A DNA stretch of 64,000 nucleotides from a bacterium. Its GTDB lineage: Bacteria > UBP14 > UBA6098. This document shows, in pieces, positions 19,306-27,864 of the stretch. Position numbers and translations under genes: made by a program. The stretch covers positions 5,574 to 69,573 of the forward strand of contig JAGLDC010000007.1 in the NCBI GenBank assembly GCA_023145965.1, given 5' to 3'. The notes beneath the pieces are model-generated. The model saw only the letters and a list, made by a program, of their open reading frames with translations, ran no database searches and was not told the origin of the DNA. Position 1 is the first letter of the stretch. The number at the start of each line of letters is the position of its first letter.

Positions 19306-19977
19306 TTACTTTTTCTTTTTTTTCTTTTGGCAAAATTCTAGAAAAGCGCTTGTTAGCTTTTCCACACCGTCTGCTCCTTTAGAAAGGGAGCAATCTGGCG
19401 CAATTCCAGAGACAGAAAAAAGTAGATTTTCTTGATCGAAAACGACCTCCTGAGGCCCTACTTTGACAGGTGCAATGCCAAGCGGCGATAAAATACCTGT
19501 AAGGCTGGCATCTTCACCCATGACAATAATTGGTTCTTCAGCAGATCTTTTGAGGGCTATCATAACAAGTGCACCACCGTAACCCATACTCCCAATGGGT
19601 TTTCCTCTAACGTGCATTCCGACGATAAGGTCTTGCACAGTCCTTACCACACGGGCATCTGCGCCTGCATCTTCAATGTCAGAAAGCAATGTTATGGGTC
19701 CGCGCCCACCCGGCACAATGAGCCCATCTAGATCTTGAGGGTCGATTTCAGCAACTGAAGCAATATCTCCACGAAGTATTGGCGAGCATTCGGCAAGTAT
19801 ATCGCGAATAGGAGTATATTTACCACGTCCCGCAGTAGGGACAAGGTCTTTTGGGATAAGATTTACAACCAACCCACCGAGCTTTTCAAGCTCGCGGTAA
19901 ATCAATGTGACCTCGTGAATCTGCGTTCCGGTTTCGTAACCTAGACCAGAGAATAGTATTCCAATTTTACCGGGCAA
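19306..19977 (-). CDS. elbB: DJ-1/PfpI superfamily protein, ElbB-like (glutamine amidotransferase-like class 1 fold)
   Basis: KIGILFSGLGYETGTQIHE and LIVPGG align with E. coli ElbB (KIGVILSGCGVYDGSEIHE, LIVPGG). It ends in a poly-Lys tail (QKKKKKK) encoded by an A-rich tract. Confidence 0.65.
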   Translation of the reverse strand: MPGKIGILFSGLGYETGTQIHEVTLIYRELEKLGGLVVNLIPKDLVPTAGRGKYTPIRDILAECSPILRGDIASVAEIDPQDLDGLIVPGGRGPITLLSDIEDAGADARVVRTVQDLIVGMHVRGKPIGSMGYGGALVMIALKRSAEEPIIVMGEDASLTGILSPLGIAPVKVGPQEVVFDQENLLFSVSGIAPDCSLSKGADGVEKLTSAFLEFCQKKKKKK

Positions 19978-20244
19978 CTAATCTACTTTGTCGATTGTAT
20001 CTATATTTACTGCTTTTTTGCCGTAACGATTTTTGCCAAATCTAACCATTCCATCGATCAAACTAAAAAGCGTGAAATCTCTGCCCATTCCGCAGTTTTC
20101 ACCGGGATGGAATTTAGTCCCGTGTTGGCGGACTATTATACTTCCCGCGTTGATTCTCTCGCCAGAAAAAACCTTAACGCCAAGCCTTTGACCTTGAGAG
20201 TCCCTTCCATTGCGAGAACTCCCTACACCTTTCTTATGAGCCAT
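19978..20244 (-). CDS. rpmA: 50S ribosomal protein L27
   Basis: [29 protein letters not shown] is the near-invariant L27 N-terminus. The start is chosen at the second ATG, which is preceded by GGAGGA. Confidence 0.9.
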   Translation of the reverse strand: MAHKKGVGSSRNGRDSQGQRLGVKVFSGERINAGSIIVRQHGTKFHPGENCGMGRDFTLFSLIDGMVRFGKNRYGKKAVNIDTIDKVD

Positions 20245-20422
20245 ATTGTCCTCCATCTACTTCTCTTAAACTCAGAAATATCATTAGTTTATTCATTTAT
20301 TACTATATGGCAAGCAGTTTTTTTAAATTTATTCTTATATATTGAGGAAATGGTATCGGTTTTCATAAATAGTATGAGGAACATATTGTAGTTATTAACG
20401 ACCATGCTTTAATTGATTTGGA

Positions 20423-20451
20423 TTGACATAGTAAATTGATTTTTTATATTT
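20423..20451 (+). promoter_or_regulatory. Sigma70-type promoter (TTGACA-N16-TATATT) for the HIT-plsC-leu-acc array
   Basis: TTGACA at 20423-20428 and TATATT at 20445-20450, about 25 nt upstream of SD GGAG and the ATG at 20475. Confidence 0.45.
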
Positions 20452-20474
20452 CAATATTAAAAATTGGAGTTAAA

Positions 20475-20954
20475 ATGGAAAAAATTTGGGCACCCTGGCG
20501 AATGGAATATATCGAGAGTTCCGGTGATAAAACCGGTTGTTTTTTGTGTGATGCTTTTGCATCGCTCGAAGACAGAGCTAATCTTGTTCTTGCAAGGCGT
20601 AAGCATGCTTTTCTTTTAATGAACCGCTATCCTTACACAAATGGTCACTTAATGGCTGTGCCAATCAAACATACTGGCGACTTGGACGATTTAAGCCCTG
20701 CCGAATTAACCGGGACTATGGAGTTAGTGAATGAATCTGTTCGGGCGCTGAGGGAAGTGATTTGTGCTCAGGGATTCAATATTGGTATCAATCTTGGGGC
20801 TGTCGCTGGAGCGGGTATGATAGACCATGTTCATATCCACATAGTCCCTCGATGGCTTGGAGATACGAATTTTATGCCAGTTTTGGGAGAAACTAAGGTT
20901 ATTAGTGAACACCTACTCGAAACCTACGATAAACTCAAATCCTCTTTTGAATGA
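20475..20954 (+). CDS. HIT family (histidine triad) nucleotide hydrolase/transferase
   Basis: Histidine triad HVHIHIVPRW. The start is chosen at MEKIWAPW, preceded by SD GGAG. Confidence 0.85.
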   Translation: MEKIWAPWRMEYIESSGDKTGCFLCDAFASLEDRANLVLARRKHAFLLMNRYPYTNGHLMAVPIKHTGDLDDLSPAELTGTMELVNESVRALREVICAQGFNIGINLGAVAGAGMIDHVHIHIVPRWLGDTNFMPVLGETKVISEHLLETYDKLKSSFE

Positions 20955-21661
20955 TTAAGCGAATTGCCGCATCGATTTTTTTCACTATTTGTGCTCCGTT
21001 CCTTTTTTTTGGTTCGATTTTTGCTTATATTTCATTTAAAATTGCAGGCTTATTTGGAAAAAGTGTGTTGCTCGTTGTGAGCAGAATTGTCCATTTGCTT
21101 TGGGGCAGGTTTGCGGTATATTCCGCGCTATCATCCGTTCGAGTGGTGGGAAAAAAGAAGATTCCCCATGGGAAGGCAGTTGTGATGTATTCGAATCACG
21201 CGAGTTTTTTTGATATACCAATAATCTCAGGATTTGTTTTGCCCTCCGGTATCTATGTTGCGCGTAAGGGACTGGCTTTATCACCAGCAATAAAGGCCTC
21301 GGGAGGTGTGCTTATTGAGCAGAAGAGCACACGAAAGGAAATTAGAAACATTCGAGAGATAGTCTCCAAAATAAAAGCAGGTCGTTCTTTTATTATTTTC
21401 CCAGAGGGCACGCGCTCGCGCGATGGCTCTGTTGGTGAGCTGAAAGCTGGTTCTCTTAAAATAGCTCAGTGGGCGGAAGTTCCTGCTATACCAATAAGAA
21501 TTGAAGGTTCGAGAGATTTGCTGGCAAGAGGTATGATGTGGCCAAAACCAAGCAAAATTGTTGTTTACATCGGCGATCCCATTACATGCGATGAGATACG
21601 AGCAGATTCGTCTGCAGTTTTGGAAAAAATAACCGATTTTTATACAAGAAACACGAATTAA
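20951..21661 (+). CDS. plsC: 1-acyl-sn-glycerol-3-phosphate acyltransferase
   Basis: Acyltransferase motifs NHASFFD (HX4D) and FPEGTRS. N-terminal TM helix. 4-nt overlap with the HIT gene. Confidence 0.8.
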   Translation: MIKRIAASIFFTICAPFLFFGSIFAYISFKIAGLFGKSVLLVVSRIVHLLWGRFAVYSALSSVRVVGKKKIPHGKAVVMYSNHASFFDIPIISGFVLPSGIYVARKGLALSPAIKASGGVLIEQKSTRKEIRNIREIVSKIKAGRSFIIFPEGTRSRDGSVGELKAGSLKIAQWAEVPAIPIRIEGSRDLLARGMMWPKPSKIVVYIGDPITCDEIRADSSAVLEKITDFYTRNTN

Positions 21662-21674
21662 TGGGGGAGAAGAG

Positions 21675-22931
21675 ATGGGCAAGACCATCGCTGAGAAAAT
21701 TTTAGCTAAGAACGCTGGTATTGAGTCCGTTATGTCGGGACAGATTGTAACTTCGAGACCCGATGTAGTGCTTTCTCACGATAATAGCGCTGCGATAATC
21801 GGTCATTTCAAGAAACTGGGTGTAGAGAAGGTCAAAATCCCTGATAAAATAGTAATAGTATTAGATCATGTCACTCCAGCCGCTACGGAAATTTATGCTA
21901 CAAATCATAAAAAGATTCGGGAGTTTGTAAATAAACAGGGGATAAGCCACTTTTTCGATATTGGACGCGGAATATGTCATCAAGTTCTACCGGAGGAGGG
22001 TTTTTCGACACCGGGAGCGCTTATTCTTGGAGCGGATAGCCATACAACATCGCATGGAGCATTTGGAGCATTTGCTGCTGGGATAGGCAGGAGCGAAGTA
22101 GCAGTTTTATGGGCTACGGGTGAACTATGGTTAAGAGTTCCCGAGAGCTTTATTATTCGTCTTTCTGAAGAATTTCACGAATTTGTGTCGCCGAAGGATT
22201 TAGCCCTTCATATTATAGGTAAAATCGGCGCCGATGGCGGGATTTATAAATCCATTGAATTCGCTGGACCAGGGCTTAAATCGCTGGGGATATCGGGCAG
22301 GTTTGTCCTGTCGAATATGGCAGCGGAGATGGGAGCTAAAGCGGGTATATGTCATCCGGATGATGAGGTGCTTCATTGGCTCGAGGGTAGGGCGAAACGA
22401 GAGTTGAAGCCCGTACTTCCAGATGACGATGCTATCTATGAGCGCGAATTTAATTTCGCTTTGGAAGATGTCGAGCCTATGATTGCTCGTCCACACACAG
22501 TGGATAATGTGGATTTGGCGAAAAACGCAGAGGATATTGTTCTTGATCAGGTGCTTATAGGAACATGCACAAATGGCAGGCTCGACGATCTTCACGCTGC
22601 ACGAAAGATTCTCGGAGGAAGAAAGGTTGCGCGTGGTGTTCGAATGTTGGTTTTTCCAGCGAGCAGAGAGGTATATATATCAGCGGCTTCAGATGGCACA
22701 TTTGCCTCATTGGCTGAGGCCGGTGCCACTATAATGAATCCCGGTTGTGGTCCATGCCTTGGTGCACATGAAGGTGTAATGGCGCCTGGTGAGGTTACAC
22801 TTTCCACAGCAAACAGAAATTTTAAAGGCAGAATGGGTTGTCGTGATTCAGAGATATATCTTGCTAGCCCTTTCACCGCAGCGGCTTCGGCGATTACCGG
22901 TAGAATAACAGACCCAAGGGAGTTTCTATGA
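21675..22931 (+). CDS. leuC: 3-isopropylmalate dehydratase (aconitase family) large subunit, small archaeal-type
   Basis: 418 aa aconitase-family catalytic domain with Cys ligands (GTCTNGR, PGCGPCLG), typical of LeuC/HACN large subunits. Confidence 0.8.
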   Translation: MGKTIAEKILAKNAGIESVMSGQIVTSRPDVVLSHDNSAAIIGHFKKLGVEKVKIPDKIVIVLDHVTPAATEIYATNHKKIREFVNKQGISHFFDIGRGICHQVLPEEGFSTPGALILGADSHTTSHGAFGAFAAGIGRSEVAVLWATGELWLRVPESFIIRLSEEFHEFVSPKDLALHIIGKIGADGGIYKSIEFAGPGLKSLGISGRFVLSNMAAEMGAKAGICHPDDEVLHWLEGRAKRELKPVLPDDDAIYEREFNFALEDVEPMIARPHTVDNVDLAKNAEDIVLDQVLIGTCTNGRLDDLHAARKILGGRKVARGVRMLVFPASREVYISAASDGTFASLAEAGATIMNPGCGPCLGAHEGVMAPGEVTLSTANRNFKGRMGCRDSEIYLASPFTAAASAITGRITDPREFL

Positions 22932-23434
22932 TCATCGAAGGAAAGGTTTTTAAATATGGCGACGATGTTAACACTGATGTCATCTTTCCGGGAAAATACA
23001 CATACGAGCCTTTTACACCCGAGCAGATGGCCGAGCACGCCCTCGAAGATCTAGACCCGACATTCAGGGGGCGATGCGAAGTAGGAGATATTATAGTATC
23101 AGGAAAGAACTTCGGTTGTGGGTCGAGTAGAGAACAAGCAGCAATTGCTATACATGCTGCTGGTTGCAGGGCGATAATCGCCCCGAGTTTTGCTAGGATA
23201 TTTTATAGAAATTGCCTTAATAGCGGTTTATTTGCATTGACAAATAGCGAAATCCAGAGTAAAATTGTAAACTATGATAGGATCAAGATCGATATTGATA
23301 ATGGAACTATCGAGGTTAATGGAGAAGTTTTTCGCTTTCCAAAGCCCTCCGAAGATGTTATCGGTATCCTGGAAGCAGGCGGTTTGATACCGTATACTCG
23401 TTTGAAACTTGAGACAACGAGGGGAGATAGGTGA
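22928..23434 (+). CDS. leuD: 3-isopropylmalate dehydratase small subunit (swivel domain)
   Basis: 168 aa. NFGCGSSREQAAIAI is the LeuD/aconitase swivel-domain signature. 4-nt overlap with leuC. Confidence 0.8.
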   Translation: MIIEGKVFKYGDDVNTDVIFPGKYTYEPFTPEQMAEHALEDLDPTFRGRCEVGDIIVSGKNFGCGSSREQAAIAIHAAGCRAIIAPSFARIFYRNCLNSGLFALTNSEIQSKIVNYDRIKIDIDNGTIEVNGEVFRFPKPSEDVIGILEAGGLIPYTRLKLETTRGDR

Positions 23435-23919
23435 ACACAAACAAGGTCAAAGAGATACTCAAGATGATCGAGGAAAGTCCACTGGACCAATTAGAGATCG
23501 AAGTCAAACAGTTCGGAGGTAAGGGAATTCGCGTTCGAAAAGGTTCTCTTGCCAACTCTGATAGTTGTGATGTTCGCTCGCCGAATACAATAGATATGGT
23601 TGGTTCTTCATTTAAGGACACCACCTCAGCAAAGTCTTCGGAAAGCGAAAGTCTCGAAAGGGAGCTCAATGATAACCAGATCGAAATCGTTTCTCCGATT
23701 GTTGGCACTTTCTACCGAGCACTATCGCCAGATTCACCGCCTTATGTAGAAGAGGGCGAGTCGATTAGCGCTAATCAGGTTGTTTGCATTGTAGAGGCCA
23801 TGAAGTTGATGAATGAGATTCAATCCGAGGTTTCTGGTGTAGTGGAGAAGATATTGGTTGAAAACAATCACCCTGTCGAATTTGGTCAAGTAATGTTTAT
23901 AATTAACACCCAGAAGTAA
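23431..23919 (+). CDS. accB: Biotin carboxyl carrier protein
   Basis: Biotinyl-lysine motif CIVEAMKLMNEI. GTG start overlapping the leuD stop. Confidence 0.85.
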   Translation: MNTNKVKEILKMIEESPLDQLEIEVKQFGGKGIRVRKGSLANSDSCDVRSPNTIDMVGSSFKDTTSAKSSESESLERELNDNQIEIVSPIVGTFYRALSPDSPPYVEEGESISANQVVCIVEAMKLMNEIQSEVSGVVEKILVENNHPVEFGQVMFIINTQK

Positions 23920-23920
23920 T

Positions 23921-25114
23921 ATGTCAATCGATGTAATAAAACTACTTTCCCAAATGCCCTCGAAAGAAGTTTCGGATTTGCACCTTAGGGTCAACATGCC
24001 GCCAATATATCGTATTCACGGTAAGCTTGTTCCTGCACTTAGGGAGTTTCTTTCCAAAGAGGATATGGAGAATCTCATTCACCATATTTTGACTGAGAAG
24101 CAAAGGCAACGCTTCGATGAGGAATGGGAACTTGACATGGGTTTAAATGTTCCTACCGGCGAGCGTTTTCGTGTCAATATCTATCGCGAACGTGGAACTC
24201 CGGGAATAGCCTTCAGGCTTGTTAGCGCTCAAGTCCCAGATTTCAACGAGTTAAATCTTCCAAATATTTTGAAAAAGCTATCTACGCAACCTCGTGGATT
24301 ATTATTAGTTACAGGTGTTACCGGTTCTGGTAAATCGACTACTCTTGCCTCTATGATAGATTTTGTTAACAGGAATAAAGGTGTCAATATTCTCACTATC
24401 GAAGACCCTATCGAATATGTTCATACAAATAGAAGGTCTATCATTGCTCAGCGAGAGATAGGAGGCGATTGCAGGTCTTTTGCTATGGGATTGAGGCAAG
24501 CTCTTCGACAGGATCCAGATGTTATTTTGGTTGGCGAGATTCGCGATGCAGATACTATGTCAATTGCCCTTTCGGCGGCGGATACAGGGCATTTGGTAAT
24601 GAGCACACTTCACACTTTGGATAGCTTACAAACAATATATCGAATATTGTCATTTTTTCCGCCACATCAGCACCAGGAGATTCGACATCTGCTTTCGAGC
24701 ACTTTACAAGCAGTTATCTCCCAACGGCTTGTTCCAAGAAGTGATAAACCCGGGCGTGTTCCTGCAGTAGAGATATTAATAGGCACAGGTGCGGTTCGAG
24801 AGTGTATTGTCGATTCATCTAAAACGACTTCGATTAGAGATTTAATATCTGAGGGTGCCAGTCAATATGGTATGCAGAGTTATGACCAGTCCCTGATGTG
24901 GTTTTACCAGAATGGTGCGATTTCACTTGAACTTGCTCTCGAAAACTCCACTAACCCAGATGATTTCAAGCTTCGCGTGGATGGTGTTCTCTCGGGTTCC
25001 GACCGCGGTTGGGCCGAGTTTGCCGCTACACAGAGTGATGTATCCCACGAGGAGAATGAAAACTCGATTAAGAAATCGAAAAAGAGTAGGGGGGATAAGT
25101 CCTCAGATGCTTAA
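23921..25114 (+). CDS. pilT: PilT/PilU-family type IV pilus retraction ATPase, inserted between accB and accC
   Basis: Walker A GVTGSGKSTTLASM. PilT C-terminal motifs SIRDLISEG and GMQSYDQSL. Extra acidic/Lys-rich C-terminal tail of ~35 aa. Confidence 0.85.
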   Translation: MSIDVIKLLSQMPSKEVSDLHLRVNMPPIYRIHGKLVPALREFLSKEDMENLIHHILTEKQRQRFDEEWELDMGLNVPTGERFRVNIYRERGTPGIAFRLVSAQVPDFNELNLPNILKKLSTQPRGLLLVTGVTGSGKSTTLASMIDFVNRNKGVNILTIEDPIEYVHTNRRSIIAQREIGGDCRSFAMGLRQALRQDPDVILVGEIRDADTMSIALSAADTGHLVMSTLHTLDSLQTIYRILSFFPPHQHQEIRHLLSSTLQAVISQRLVPRSDKPGRVPAVEILIGTGAVRECIVDSSKTTSIRDLISEGASQYGMQSYDQSLMWFYQNGAISLELALENSTNPDDFKLRVDGVLSGSDRGWAEFAATQSDVSHEENENSIKKSKKSRGDKSSDA

Positions 25115-26453
25115 GAAAGTTCTTGTCGCAAACAGGGGAGAGATTGCCCTGCGTGTGATTCGGGCCTGTCGCGAACTCGATATTCCGACGGTAGCTGTGT
25201 ATTCGACGGCTGATAGGTTTAGTCTTCCTGTATTGCTTTCAAATGAATCAATCTGCATAGGTGCTCCTAAACCCTTCGAGAGTTATCTCGATTCGAGGAG
25301 GATTCTATCTGCTGCAATTATAAGCAATTCCGATGCTATACATCCAGGATATGGATTTTTAGCAGAGAATGCGGATTTCGCGGAGAAATGCTTCGCCCAT
25401 GGTATAAAATTCATCGGGCCAACTGCGAATATGATTCGTCAGATGGGTGATAAAGTGAAGGCAAAAGAGATAATGGATGAAGTAGGCATACCGACTATAC
25501 CCGGTTCTAAAGGATTAGTGGAAAGTTACGATAGGGCTTTGGCCGTTGCCGAAGAGATATCCTATCCCATTATGATCAAGGCTGCATATGGTGGTGGTGG
25601 TAAAGGGATGAGGATAGTCCGCAAACAGGATGAGCTCAAAGGGAGCTTTTCCATAGCAAAACTCGAGGCAGAGAATGCCTTTGGAAATTCTGGTGTTTAT
25701 CTCGAACGATATGTAGAGAATCCGAGACATATAGAAGTGCAGCTTCTCGGCGACGGTAAAGGAAAAGTTATCTATCTGGGTGAGAGGGATTGTTCGATTC
25801 AAAGAAGGCATCAAAAACTTATAGAAGAATCGCCTTCACCTGCAGTTGATGAAATCACTAGAAAGATGATAGGCGAGACTGCCGCGCGAGGTGCTTCTGT
25901 GATAAAATATGAGGGAGCTGGCACTATCGAATTCCTTCTCGATGTGAGCGGCGATTTTTATTTTCTGGAGATGAACACGAGGATTCAAGTCGAGCATCCA
26001 GTGACTGAAAGCGTTGTAGATATGGATCTGGTGAAAGAGCAAATAAGAATAGCTAACGGATTGGGATTATCGAGGTCTCAAGATGATATTTCGCTTTCAG
26101 GACACGCAATAGAATGCCGTATCAATGCCGAGGATCCCTCGAAAGGTTTTGCACCAAGGCCTGGGAAGATAACTGCTTTTCATCCACCGGGAGGGCCCGG
26201 TGTTCGCGTCGATACACATGCTTATGCTGAATATGTTATTACGCCGTATTACGATTCCATGATAGCCAAACTTATTTGTCGTGGTCGTGATCGTGCCGAG
26301 GCACTTGCCCGAATGAACCGCGCGCTGGATGAATTTATTATCGAGGGAATTCCGACCACTATTCCATTTCATAAAAAGGTCATAAACGATCCAAATTTTA
26401 TCGCAGGCGATTATAATACAGCTTTTATCGAACGCTTTTCGAATAATTTGTGA
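25107..26453 (+). CDS. accC: Biotin carboxylase subunit of acetyl-CoA carboxylase
   Basis: MLKKVLVANRGEIALRVIRACRELDIPTVAVYS is the canonical AccC N-terminus, with ATP-grasp motifs. The start overlaps the pilT stop by 8 nt (ATGCTTAA). Confidence 0.9.
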   Translation: MLKKVLVANRGEIALRVIRACRELDIPTVAVYSTADRFSLPVLLSNESICIGAPKPFESYLDSRRILSAAIISNSDAIHPGYGFLAENADFAEKCFAHGIKFIGPTANMIRQMGDKVKAKEIMDEVGIPTIPGSKGLVESYDRALAVAEEISYPIMIKAAYGGGGKGMRIVRKQDELKGSFSIAKLEAENAFGNSGVYLERYVENPRHIEVQLLGDGKGKVIYLGERDCSIQRRHQKLIEESPSPAVDEITRKMIGETAARGASVIKYEGAGTIEFLLDVSGDFYFLEMNTRIQVEHPVTESVVDMDLVKEQIRIANGLGLSRSQDDISLSGHAIECRINAEDPSKGFAPRPGKITAFHPPGGPGVRVDTHAYAEYVITPYYDSMIAKLICRGRDRAEALARMNRALDEFIIEGIPTTIPFHKKVINDPNFIAGDYNTAFIERFSNNL

Positions 26454-26517
26454 TAAGCTTTTTTAATAAAAATTGATTATGTTACACCGAATCGATTCTA
26501 ATCTAAAGGAGATCATC

Positions 26518-27636
26518 ATGCCGAAGAAAAAAATAGCTGTTTTACCCGGTGACGGTGTAGGTAACGATGTCATGGAAGCCACTTTTATTGTTCTCGATCA
26601 ATTAAAACCCGATGTCGATTATGAATGGGGAGATATTGGTTGGGAATTCTGGCGCACCGAGGGGGATGCACTACCCGAAAGGACTATCGAGCTTCTAAAA
26701 AGAACCGATGCCTGCCTTTTCGGAGCGATTACGAGCAAGCCTAAGGAAGAGTGTGAGGAGGAACTTGTCCCGGAACTGAGGGGCAAAGGATTGGTCTATC
26801 GTTCACCTATAGTTCAATTACGACAGTTGCTCGATCTATATGTGAACTATCGTCCCTGTAAGGCATATAAGAATAATCCACTTATTTACCGAGAGGGCAT
26901 CGATTTACATGTTTTTAGGGAGAACACCGAGGGGCTTTATTCAGGTGTTGAGTATCATCCTTTAACGGATGATCTAAGAGCCAAAATGATCGAACACAAT
27001 AAAAATCTGAAAAAATTCGAGGGAATCGATGGGGATGATATAGCGATCTCATGCAGGGTTTTCTCTCGGCGTGGATGCGAGAGAATAGTGCGTTCAGCGT
27101 TCGAGTTTGCAAAAACAAAGGGGTATAAGACAGTTACTGTCGTTGAAAAACCGAATGTAATCCGCGAAACCTCGGGATTAATGGTTCGCGAAGCGCGTAA
27201 AGTAGCCAGTGAATTCCCCGGGATAGAACTTTGGGAGACCAATGTCGATGCTATGTGCATGTGGTTACTGAAGAATCCCCTTGAATATAGCGTTCTTGTA
27301 TCTAGCAATATGTTTGGAGACATTGTAAGTGATCTCTGCGCCCAATTGGTTGGAGGTTTAGGTTTTGCCAGCTCGGGAAGTTGGAGCGATCATTACGCGC
27401 TTTTCGAGCCCACGCATGGAAGTGCTCCAAAGTATTATGGGTTATATAAGGTCAATCCCATTGCGATGATACTTTCAACCGGCTTGATGCTTGATTATAT
27501 CGGCGAATGCGATAAGGCTGTGGCTTTGGAAAGTGCCGTTGCAAAAGTTGTCGCCGATGGCAAGGTTAGGACATATGATATGGGCGGATCAAATTCAAGC
27601 TTAGAGCTTGGGGAAGCAATCGCAGCGAAACTATGA
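26518..27636 (+). CDS. Isocitrate/3-isopropylmalate dehydrogenase family protein (LeuB- or Icd-like)
   Basis: NMFGDIVSDLCAQLVGGLGFASSGS and LRQLLDLYVNYRP are signatures of the beta-decarboxylating dehydrogenase family. An Icd-like insert is present, so LeuB versus IDH is unresolved. Confidence 0.7.
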   Translation: MPKKKIAVLPGDGVGNDVMEATFIVLDQLKPDVDYEWGDIGWEFWRTEGDALPERTIELLKRTDACLFGAITSKPKEECEEELVPELRGKGLVYRSPIVQLRQLLDLYVNYRPCKAYKNNPLIYREGIDLHVFRENTEGLYSGVEYHPLTDDLRAKMIEHNKNLKKFEGIDGDDIAISCRVFSRRGCERIVRSAFEFAKTKGYKTVTVVEKPNVIRETSGLMVREARKVASEFPGIELWETNVDAMCMWLLKNPLEYSVLVSSNMFGDIVSDLCAQLVGGLGFASSGSWSDHYALFEPTHGSAPKYYGLYKVNPIAMILSTGLMLDYIGECDKAVALESAVAKVVADGKVRTYDMGGSNSSLELGEAIAAKL

Positions 27637-27660
27637 TATAACACCGTTAAAGTATAGAAT

Positions 27661-27699
27661 AGAGCAAAAAAGGTGAAATAATTTTGCCTTTTTTGCTCT
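27661..27699 (+). terminator. Perfect 13-bp stem hairpin (probable terminator) ending the HIT..dehydrogenase array
   Basis: AGAGCAAAAAAGG (27661-27673) pairs with CCTTTTTTGCTCT (27687-27699) around a 13-nt loop. The T-rich 3' arm lies inside the stem. Confidence 0.5.
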
Positions 27700-27734
27700 A
27701 TAAAATGATGCGTTGATTCTTTCCTTAAAAAAGA

Positions 27735-27761
27735 AAAATATTTATTGACAGAATTAAAGCC
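27735..27761 (+). promoter_or_regulatory. Candidate sigma70 promoter TTGACA-N15-TATAGA upstream of the MEMO-AMMECR1 gene
   Basis: TTGACA at 27735-27740 and TATAGA at 27756-27761, in a 230-nt AT-rich intergenic region. Confidence 0.35.
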
Positions 27762-27864
27762 AATATATAGATTAAAAAGATTATACAGAAGTTGTGAGAT
27801 TGGAAGTTAATACTTTTATTTACTTTGGAGGCATGTAGAGAATAATTGCGACTAATTAGTTAGT

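Noticed and set aside
19306-19977. The 223-aa ORF next to the fumarase alpha subunit, considered as a fumarase beta subunit
   Set aside because: The sequence aligns instead with ElbB/DJ-1-PfpI (KIGILFSGLGYETGTQIHE; LIVPGG). It lacks the beta-subunit catalytic segment.
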